This document shows, in pieces, positions 57,108 to 64,000 of a stretch of 64,000 nucleotides of DNA. The stretch's first letter is position 1; every line of letters starts with the position of its first letter. This DNA comes from an uncultured virus (IMG/VR IMGVR_UViG_3300044491_001791) (Duplodnaviria > Heunggongvirae > Uroviricota > Caudoviricetes): IMG/VR virus record IMGVR_UViG_3300044491_001791. One strand, given 5' to 3'. The notes below the pieces were generated by a model. It searched no databases. It saw only the letters and a list, made by a program, of their open reading frames with translations, and had not been told where the DNA came from. The translations under genes and the position numbers were made by a program.

Positions 57108-58012
57108 AGTCTTGCTAATCTAATCATAGTTGCCGCAAGATTAATTTCTGGATCAGCAACAAGTGTATGATCTACAAGTCCTTGTTTAATAATTAGAATT
57201 GCATCATCTTCTTTGTCACCAAACAATGTAACATTATCATACAGCCATTTAAAAATATCTTCAACTTCATCAGGTCGCACTTGACTACATACAAGTTTTC
57301 TTGCTTGATTAATTTTACCTGCCTTGAATAGTTCTACCATTTCAAGTTTATAGTCTGCTTCACCTGTGTCAGCATCTTGGGGTTTTTGTAATACACCATC
57401 AACACTGTTCATTTGTACCATATTGATACATTTACGCAAGTCAGGATATGTTGCTTTTACATAAGTGTCAAGTGTGTCTAAATCAGGTTGTATACCTTCT
57501 GTAATTAAGATTTCAGCAACACGAGCAGTAAATTCTGTTTGATCAATTCGTTCAATATGGAATCCTTGACATCTACTGTGTAGTGCAGGAATAATTCTGT
57601 TAGGATAGTTACAAGTAAGTATAAAGCGAGAAGTAGTATGATACTCTTCCATAACACCACGTAGTGCCGCCTGTGCATTGGGTGAAAGATAGTCTGCCTC
57701 ATCAAGTAATACAACTTTAAAATCTCCAAATGGAATCATTTGTACAAAGTTTACAATCTTATCACGTACATCTTCTACGGAGTTTGTACGACTTGCGTTA
57801 ATTTCTAATACGTCAAGATCATTAAGTTCAAGTTCATTAAATAAAATTTTAGCAAGTGTTGTTTTACCAATACCTGCATTACCTGAAAATAATAAGTGTG
57901 GAATAGTGCGTTCTTTGATCCATTGTTGCACTTGTTTACGTTGATGTTCATCTCTGAACACATAACCGTCTACTGTTTTAGGACGATATTTTTCTACCCA
58001 AAGTTCTTTCAT
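57104..58012 (-). CDS. Clamp loader ATPase subunit (RFC/gp44-like)
   Basis: WVEKYRP, GNAGIGKTT, INAS, DEAD, SRC. Confidence 0.92.
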   Translation of the reverse strand: MKELWVEKYRPKTVDGYVFRDEHQRKQVQQWIKERTIPHLLFSGNAGIGKTTLAKILFNELELNDLDVLEINASRTNSVEDVRDKIVNFVQMIPFGDFKVVLLDEADYLSPNAQAALRGVMEEYHTTSRFILTCNYPNRIIPALHSRCQGFHIERIDQTEFTARVAEILITEGIQPDLDTLDTYVKATYPDLRKCINMVQMNSVDGVLQKPQDADTGEADYKLEMVELFKAGKINQARKLVCSQVRPDEVEDIFKWLYDNVTLFGDKEDDAILIIKQGLVDHTLVADPEINLAATMIRLARL

Positions 58013-58422
58013 TTACCTGCCTCTACTATTCGTTGCCTCAAATTAGTACTACTAAATGAGTGTTGCCTTTTATTATAATATATTTCTATACCTTTGTCAA
58101 CACAAATCTGCTTACCAGTGAAGTCTTTTGATTTATATTCTTCACCAATAAATCTTTTATGAATTGTGTATGTAAGAAGTATGTCTTCCAAATCTTTTTC
58201 AGTCGAATAAGGAATGATTTCGTTAACATACTTACAACCTGCCAATTGAACATAACGTTCAAATACAGATTGGATTGGTTTATTCTTATCTGGTCTATCA
58301 ACAGTTGGATCTGTTTGTAGTCCAACTATTAAATGATTACAGTTGTCTGATGCTTCTTTAAGCATAGCAACGTGTCCAGTATGGAATAAATCAAATGTGC
58401 TAAATGTAATACCGACTGTCAT
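58009..58422 (-). CDS. Glycerol-3-phosphate cytidylyltransferase-like
   Basis: FDLFHTGH, GLQTDP, R.HSFSST; start MTVGIT. Confidence 0.85.
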   Translation of the reverse strand: MTVGITFSTFDLFHTGHVAMLKEASDNCNHLIVGLQTDPTVDRPDKNKPIQSVFERYVQLAGCKYVNEIIPYSTEKDLEDILLTYTIHKRFIGEEYKSKDFTGKQICVDKGIEIYYNKRQHSFSSTNLRQRIVEAGK

Positions 58423-58428
58423 AGTGTT

Positions 58429-58456
58429 ATTATACACTAATTGCTATAAAAGTCAA
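58429..58456 (-). promoter_or_regulatory. Sigma70-type promoter, leaderless
   Basis: TTGACT-16-TATAAT-6nt-ATG. Confidence 0.7.
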
Positions 58457-58461
58457 GACTT

Positions 58462-58875
58462 TTATAGATCGCCGGCTTTTCGATTTTCTGAGTAATGTGC
58501 ATCAAACTCTCCGCCTGGATAACGGCTTTTTAGTTTGTTTACATTTTCCTCAATAACTTCGTTTGGATCTAAACCCAGAGAACGGCAAGTATTAACCCAA
58601 TACCACATAATATCGCCAAGTTCTCTTTTAAGATGGAACTTGGTGTCATCGTCCCAAGGTTTTCCCTGAAAAAGAACTTTCTTAATGATTTCATTAAGTT
58701 CTCCAGTTTCAGACGAAAGTCCGATACCACCTGTGACAAGTAGTGCAATATTAACCGGGCATCCATGTGCATCTCCATTTAAGTAACCCATACGTCCGTA
58801 TAGGCGATTATTGTCGTTTGATTCTTCTGACGTAACTTTTTCTACAAAGTCTTTGTATTTGTTTAGATCTATCAA
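58462..58875 (-). CDS. MazG-like NTP pyrophosphohydrolase
   Basis: E.GE..E..KK, ELGDIMWY, N..KL..RYP. Confidence 0.88.
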   Translation of the reverse strand: MIDLNKYKDFVEKVTSEESNDNNRLYGRMGYLNGDAHGCPVNIALLVTGGIGLSSETGELNEIIKKVLFQGKPWDDDTKFHLKRELGDIMWYWVNTCRSLGLDPNEVIEENVNKLKSRYPGGEFDAHYSENRKAGDL

Positions 58876-58885
58876 TGTAACCTCT

Positions 58886-59290
58886 TTAGTTTATAAAGTC
58901 TTCGGGACGGTGACTATCTCCACTAAGGTCAATAGCATCACCATAGTATGCAAGATCGCTTGGTGCTTCATCGCTTACGCCTAATACACCAGTTGGATCT
59001 ACTGTACGGAGAACTTTTGTATCACCGTTTTCATCTTCAACTGTAAAACCTCTTGACCATCTACCATGTTCAATTAGTACCCAGTCTCCGACATTGTAGT
59101 CGTCTGTGTTTTCGTGTCCTTTTGACACAACCTTTGCCCAACGCGGTTTGATACCATGTTGTTGGCCATCATCACTTGGAAGAATGATTCCACCTTTAGT
59201 AGTAATACTACCAAACTCCATATCTGAAACCATAATCCTGTCATGCAAAGGTCTTACTTCACCTTTAATGTTGTGTAAACTCAAAGCCAT
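58886..59290 (-). CDS. GroES-like co-chaperonin
   Basis: PLHDRIMV, TKGGIILP, VGDWV. Confidence 0.85.
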   Translation of the reverse strand: MALSLHNIKGEVRPLHDRIMVSDMEFGSITTKGGIILPSDDGQQHGIKPRWAKVVSKGHENTDDYNVGDWVLIEHGRWSRGFTVEDENGDTKVLRTVDPTGVLGVSDEAPSDLAYYGDAIDLSGDSHRPEDFIN

Positions 59291-59662
59291 TTACTCACCC
59301 TTTTTTACAAAATTACCTTCGTCGTCTTCAACCCACTCTTCGTCTTCTGCTACTTCTTCAATCTTTTGTTTCGCAGTTTTCTTTGGTGCAGGTGTTTCTT
59401 CAACAACTGCCGCCGGAGCAGAGTTTTCCGCTTTTGGAAGTTCGTCTTCAACTACTGCTGGATTATCACGATAATAATCTGCAAGTACATCTTCACGTTT
59501 ACGAACAATTTTACCACCTGGGCCTAATTCATCGCCACGTGCATTTACACGAGCATTTCCAACCGCAGGAGTAAGTTCGTTCTTTTGGCGTAATAAGTCC
59601 ATATCAATTGCTTTACCTTGCATTGACTTATAAACTTTACGACCTGTTTGTTTTACTGCCAT
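59291..59662 (-). CDS. Hypothetical phage protein
   Basis: TAAATA + AGGAG; AVGNARVNARGDELGPGG. Confidence 0.75.
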   Translation of the reverse strand: MAVKQTGRKVYKSMQGKAIDMDLLRQKNELTPAVGNARVNARGDELGPGGKIVRKREDVLADYYRDNPAVVEDELPKAENSAPAAVVEETPAPKKTAKQKIEEVAEDEEWVEDDEGNFVKKGE

Positions 59663-59687
59663 AGTATATCTCCTATTATGTGAGTAT

Positions 59688-60209
59688 TTATCTAAGGAAC
59701 TCACGCCAATCCAGGTCAAACTGAATTGGGTTTATTCTATGTACACCAATTAAGTAAAGTACAAAACTTGATACACTTGATCCTCTACCTACTCCCCATA
59801 GAATGTTATTGTTACGCATATAGTCAACCAAATACACCATGTATCTTAATAAGTTGATCATATCTCTTTTTTCAAACTCTTTATATTCGTCGTCTAATCT
59901 TTTAACTTCAACTTCGTTATTACACTTCTGTTCCAAAAAACTATAAACATCTAAGTTCTTAAATTCGTCTGGCATAAACCATTCGCTTTGACATACATTG
60001 TCAAATTGTTTTTGATCTACATCTATTGGAATATATGTTTGAAGTCCTTTAGTTCCAAATTCTTTAGCATGGACATTAAACTTTCCAATTTCATCATTTG
60101 CATCACAAAGAACAACATGACATTTGTCAACGTGACCTGTATAGATCATATCGATCAAATTCTTATTAGAAAAGATGGGTATACCGTTAGAATCTGTTTT
60201 TAAAAGCAT
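59688..60209 (-). CDS. Stand-alone fragment of the DNA polymerase III alpha (DnaE) domain
   Basis: RL..E..F...Y..Y.VD..R....WGVGRGSSVSS.VLYLIG...INP..FDL. Confidence 0.8.
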   Translation of the reverse strand: MLLKTDSNGIPIFSNKNLIDMIYTGHVDKCHVVLCDANDEIGKFNVHAKEFGTKGLQTYIPIDVDQKQFDNVCQSEWFMPDEFKNLDVYSFLEQKCNNEVEVKRLDDEYKEFEKRDMINLLRYMVYLVDYMRNNNILWGVGRGSSVSSFVLYLIGVHRINPIQFDLDWREFLR

Positions 60210-60215
60210 ATATGT

Positions 60216-60244
60216 ATATTAACTGATATTAATCAGATTGTCAA
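60216..60244 (-). promoter_or_regulatory. Sigma70-type promoter, leaderless
   Basis: TTGACA-17-TAATAT-6nt-ATG. Confidence 0.6.
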
Positions 60245-60443
60245 GATCTTTATCTTGATTTTTTGCCATTTCTTTGGCATAGCGACTTCTGAGTTCCAAA
60301 CGATACATTTCAATTAATGTAGCCATTTGGTTTTTGATATCTGGGTTTCGGGTCATGTAAAACTTTTTGGAAAGAGATGAAATCTTTTCCTCAAGTTGTG
60401 GTGTAGTGTATTGTTCTAAATTATCTTCAATAGGGTGTAACAT
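60219..60443 (-). CDS. Small hypothetical protein
   Basis: TAATG-coupled to the upstream structural gene. Confidence 0.7.
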   Translation of the reverse strand: MLHPIEDNLEQYTTPQLEEKISSLSKKFYMTRNPDIKNQMATLIEMYRLELRSRYAKEMAKNQDKDLDNLINIS

Positions 60444-61045
60444 TAGTAAAACTTGCCAATATAATCTACAAAAATGGAAGAACCTTGATTGTAAGTCATA
60501 AAGTCAATAATTACTGGGTATTGAGCACTGTCAATGGTAAGATTGTTTGTAAACACATAAGGATCAACAAGTGTTCCTGAGCCTGTTTTGTTTGGCCAAC
60601 GTGCATTAAACTTAAGAGAACTACCTGCTTCTGTACCAATAGTCAAGATTCTATCTGTGCCGTCATTGATTAAAATTAATCTAATTTTTCCAACTTTACC
60701 TGATACTGGCCAATCTGTTGTAGTTAAAGTAATATCACCTCCTACAGTAAATGTTTGTACAGGGCCGAGTGTAAAGTTTACGTCCTGAGAGGAACTTAAA
60801 GTACCACCTGCGTTTAGTTCTTCAGAAACATTTACAAGGTTAGCATTTGTAATGTTATTTCCTAAGAAGTTATTTGCAGTGTTTTTCTTAGCAGTATTAT
60901 CCTGTAGATCCTCAATTTCTGCCTTAGCGGCTACAAAGTTGTTTTTGATAATTCCAAAATTATCTCTAAATCCTTGTGAATCGTTATCCTGTCCTGCAAT
61001 AGGATATTCCGAATTAATACTTACTTCATCAATGTTACTTGCCAT
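60443..61045 (-). CDS. Virion structural protein
   Basis: YPIAGQDNDSQGFRDNF...EIEDLQ; TAAATA upstream. Confidence 0.7.
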   Translation of the reverse strand: MASNIDEVSINSEYPIAGQDNDSQGFRDNFGIIKNNFVAAKAEIEDLQDNTAKKNTANNFLGNNITNANLVNVSEELNAGGTLSSSQDVNFTLGPVQTFTVGGDITLTTTDWPVSGKVGKIRLILINDGTDRILTIGTEAGSSLKFNARWPNKTGSGTLVDPYVFTNNLTIDSAQYPVIIDFMTYNQGSSIFVDYIGKFY

Positions 61046-61076
61046 TTTATGTCCTCTCTACTTTTATTTATCTGCT

Positions 61077-63623
61077 TTATATGTTGTATTCGTAATTTGC
61101 GAACAGAATATACTGTTCCTCACTTTTACCTGTTGTACTGTCAATTATGTATCTATCAATATCAAAATCAATGGTATTGAAGTCAAATGCTTGGTTCTTA
61201 ATATTCAAAAGGATTTGATCAGCATTACCTGATTTGCAATACGCAATAGGAATGGCTGTTACATAGCCTAATTCCTGGATAGTGTTCACTTGAGCAGTAC
61301 GCATCCAAAGAGGTAAAAAGTCTCTTTCTGTAACACCAGTGTCGCTAATACGATCACGCATATTTTGGATATTTGAGATATATTTCTTATTGTGTGTATT
61401 TTGGCTAATCTTAACAGCATCACTATCAACTTTTAGTGTATTAGTTGATGGTCTAAATCTAAATGGTTCTGCCCTGTTAATTACAAACTCTTGGACTGAT
61501 ACTACTTGACTACCATTACGCAAAATGATTCTAATGTTTCCAACAGTTGGAAATACAACACGACCACTTCTGGTAATAATTTCTAAATCGTTTCCTATAC
61601 TACGAACTGTAACAGTAGGATTCGCAACTCCGCGGACACTTAATTCAAATGAACTTTGTCCGCTACCTAATGATGAGTTATCATCTAAAGATTCAAACTG
61701 TACACTGTCTACAGTAATCGGTTTACTTTTATTTGAAACCTTAATACTTTGTGCTACTTTGCCTTTCGTTGGCATATAAGGATCTATAACTTCAACATAG
61801 ATAACTTCATATACTATGTCGTTAGATCCTGGATTTTTTGCAACTGCTTTTTTAACTTCGCCAATCTTATATTTTCTTCTTTTGTGATTCTTTGCCGCGG
61901 CCGCTACATAGTTTTTAATATTCTGTGTAAGGATACCAGCATAGGCTAACATCTTAATATCTTTTTGTACACCAAATTCTGGATCACCACTTCTGTAAAT
62001 TAAGTCTGGTGGAAAGATGTTTGGGTCTGAAATAAATGCAGTGTATTCATCACGTTTAGTTTTTGACATAAACGGACGCATAAACAAATTACTATATAAA
62101 TTATCATCAGGATCTAATACGTCAATAGTAAATTCTTGTTCAACAGCACTGAATCCAAAACGATCTTCTGCCTTAACAGTAAATTTAAACTCTCTATCAA
62201 TAATAGTTTTAGCACCATCAAACGTCATAGTACCATTATCAAAAACAGTAAGTCCAGGTTTAGAAGAAGTACCAAACTGATTAACCTTACCAATAATTTC
62301 ACCACTGATATCTAATTGTAGTCCTGGAGGTAATCTTCCACTTACTATACTGTAAATTAATCTTGAATCCGGAACTGATGTTTGTGCTTTTACTGATAGT
62401 GTTGAAATAAAGTTTGCACTAATATTTCCTAAGTTACTTGGAGTAAGGAATTTAATAGTAGAATCAACTTCACCAAGTATCTTAACTCTAAATGTTTTTG
62501 TTTTACTTGCTAAAATTGTTTCAGGCACACCGCCAAAACGTGTTGCTTTTACTGTGAATTTATATTCTTTTGTTACAGCAGGTTGGTAAGGAACACGACC
62601 TGCTATTTCACCTGTTGTACTATCTAAACTCATACCAGGCGGTAGTTCACTTGCTGTGCTATCGTCATTTAGTGCTTCAAGTGTATAAACAAGTCTACCT
62701 GCAATAGTCTCTGTATCTAATACATCAAGGAAGAAAGTTAGATAATTGTTGGCTCTTCTAAAGCCAAGATTCTCTGGAGTTAACCATAGTGGAGTTCTTA
62801 AGTATGTATTATCAGCAGTAAACAAACCATTTGAAATTTGTAGTTTAGTATTATCTGCTCTTAAGAAATCATCACCTACAAGATAGATTTTAAACTTACG
62901 TGTTTTAACAGTATCGCCATCTGAAACACTAACAATAAATTCATAAAAGCGATTTAATTTTCTTGGTTGTTTAGTTGGAATTCTATCATCATAGATTCGT
63001 GTATCATAAAAGAAACTGTCATAACCGTTTGCACTTCTTTCGCCAAAGTCAAAAGGAAATGTACCATATATGTTTGCATCATAGTGTCCGCTTCCTGCTC
63101 TTGTATCTAAGGCTAATACAGGTTCAACAACACCAACAAGTCTACCGTCAGTAGTTAAACGTATACCTGGAGGTAATTCTCCAGAGTCATCTGCAATAAA
63201 GTATTCAAGTGCGTCACCTGCTGGCAGGTCTGGATCAATTGCTTGTAATGGAAAATCTACCAATGTATTATCAAGTACAAAATACTTGTCATTAGGATCA
63301 ACGGGTAGTAATCCTTCTTTGGTTACCCAAGTTGGTTCGTCAGCACCGTCAATTAATAAACTAAATGTTCTATCTTCAACTGCACCCGAACTATCTGTTG
63401 CCCTTAATACAAATTTAGATTCTGTAAGTCTTTGGACTTCAAATGGCGTTCCTACAATGAATAGGCCTTCTAAACGTAACCCTCCTGGTAAACTACCAGT
63501 AATGAGTTTGACGTTAGTAATAGTATTACTTGTTGTGTTTAACGGTAAAGCAAATCTAACAGTTGCATTTTCAGCAAATACACCGAGATTACTTCCTGTT
63601 TTTCTTGTCCAGATTGTAGCCAT
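61077..63623 (-). CDS. Virion structural protein with Ig-like repeats (baseplate/tail)
   Basis: Four GxLPxG(L/I/M)xL...G repeats; TAAATA + AAGGA upstream. Confidence 0.75.
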   Translation of the reverse strand: MATIWTRKTGSNLGVFAENATVRFALPLNTTSNTITNVKLITGSLPGGLRLEGLFIVGTPFEVQRLTESKFVLRATDSSGAVEDRTFSLLIDGADEPTWVTKEGLLPVDPNDKYFVLDNTLVDFPLQAIDPDLPAGDALEYFIADDSGELPPGIRLTTDGRLVGVVEPVLALDTRAGSGHYDANIYGTFPFDFGERSANGYDSFFYDTRIYDDRIPTKQPRKLNRFYEFIVSVSDGDTVKTRKFKIYLVGDDFLRADNTKLQISNGLFTADNTYLRTPLWLTPENLGFRRANNYLTFFLDVLDTETIAGRLVYTLEALNDDSTASELPPGMSLDSTTGEIAGRVPYQPAVTKEYKFTVKATRFGGVPETILASKTKTFRVKILGEVDSTIKFLTPSNLGNISANFISTLSVKAQTSVPDSRLIYSIVSGRLPPGLQLDISGEIIGKVNQFGTSSKPGLTVFDNGTMTFDGAKTIIDREFKFTVKAEDRFGFSAVEQEFTIDVLDPDDNLYSNLFMRPFMSKTKRDEYTAFISDPNIFPPDLIYRSGDPEFGVQKDIKMLAYAGILTQNIKNYVAAAAKNHKRRKYKIGEVKKAVAKNPGSNDIVYEVIYVEVIDPYMPTKGKVAQSIKVSNKSKPITVDSVQFESLDDNSSLGSGQSSFELSVRGVANPTVTVRSIGNDLEIITRSGRVVFPTVGNIRIILRNGSQVVSVQEFVINRAEPFRFRPSTNTLKVDSDAVKISQNTHNKKYISNIQNMRDRISDTGVTERDFLPLWMRTAQVNTIQELGYVTAIPIAYCKSGNADQILLNIKNQAFDFNTIDFDIDRYIIDSTTGKSEEQYILFANYEYNI

Positions 63624-63668
63624 TTTAATTCCTTATTCAGTAGTATTTATCGGAATCTTTGACTATGC

Positions 63669-64000
63669 TTATATTGGATTTGTGATTGTTCCTACGTCAA
63701 TTGATACAGCAGATGGTGTAACAATAGATCCTAAATCAACATCTGTTGCAGAACCTAAGAATTCGATAATGCTTGATACTGTTCCTGAAATAGTACCAAA
63801 GTTAAAGCCATAGATATCTCTTACATCTACATTATAAACTAAACTTTGAAGGTTTCTAACATTAATAATATCGTTGCCTTGACCGTCTAATTTTCCACCT
63901 AATTGTGGTGTAGCATCTGTAGATAATTCAGTAACTGAATTTATTGTAATTCCACTTGCTCCACTTGATTGTGTAGTTACATTTGTACCGCCGTTGATAG
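63669..64000 (-). CDS. C-terminal part of a virion/tail protein (truncated by the window)
   Basis: Open frame ...DATPQLGGKLDGQG...DVGTITNPI*. Confidence 0.7.
   Translation of the reverse strand, partial: INGGTNVTTQSSGASGITINSVTELSTDATPQLGGKLDGQGNDIINVRNLQSLVYNVDVRDIYGFNFGTISGTVSSIIEFLGSATDVDLGSIVTPSAVSIDVGTITNPI

Noticed and set aside
30634..58012. Eukaryotic giant-virus or archaeal origin (RFC-like loader, MBD4-like glycosylase, PolB)
   Set aside because: SD sequences, sigma70 promoters, endolysin/spanins, GroES and PDF indicate a bacteriophage
2231..63813. Numerous 60-175 aa antisense or alternate-frame ORFs in the track (e.g. 14324-14806, 44374-44808, 63286-63813)
   Set aside because: Shadows of well-supported genes, with atypical composition and no SD or promoter
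1..64000. CRISPR arrays, tRNA/rRNA genes, transposases, introns/inteins
   Set aside because: No regular direct repeats, cloverleafs or mobile-element ORFs seen by eye; polB, clpA and thyX are uninterrupted. A tRNAscan run would be needed to exclude tRNAs fully.
1..64000. Alternative genetic code (stop recoding) as in some jumbo phages
   Set aside because: Genes are full length in code 11, and TAA, TAG and TGA all occur as coupled stops

Overview
This AT-rich window appears to come from a large (probably jumbo) T4-related tailed phage. The host is probably a Gram-negative alphaproteobacterium, judged from the spanins and an FdxA-type ferredoxin. Genes are densely packed, mostly on the minus strand, in the standard code. 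In order: an island of three radical-SAM enzymes, oxygenases, a kinase and a GNAT beside a tail-fibre gene; a MoxR/vWA pair; RNase H-like nuclease; a 7-deazaguanine DNA-modification region (QueE, FolE, TGT/DpdA-like, DpdL-like T-fold protein, glycosyltransferase); sliding clamp, MBD4-like glycosylase and family B DNA polymerase; a strongly structured ~165-nt leader before a transglutaminase-like gene; a cassette of putative capsid-packaged, protease-processed proteins; ClpA/PDF/DnaJ; a lysis cassette; PhoH with a structured leader; dCMP deaminase and ThyX; a sulfation module; clamp loader, MazG, GroES, a stand-alone DnaE fragment; and virion structural genes. Two promoter classes are visible (sigma70-like TTGACA-17-TATAAT and late TAAATA), and both apparently yield some leaderless mRNAs. 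I saw no tRNA, rRNA, CRISPR array or mobile element. All family calls come from reading motifs by eye, not from database searches.
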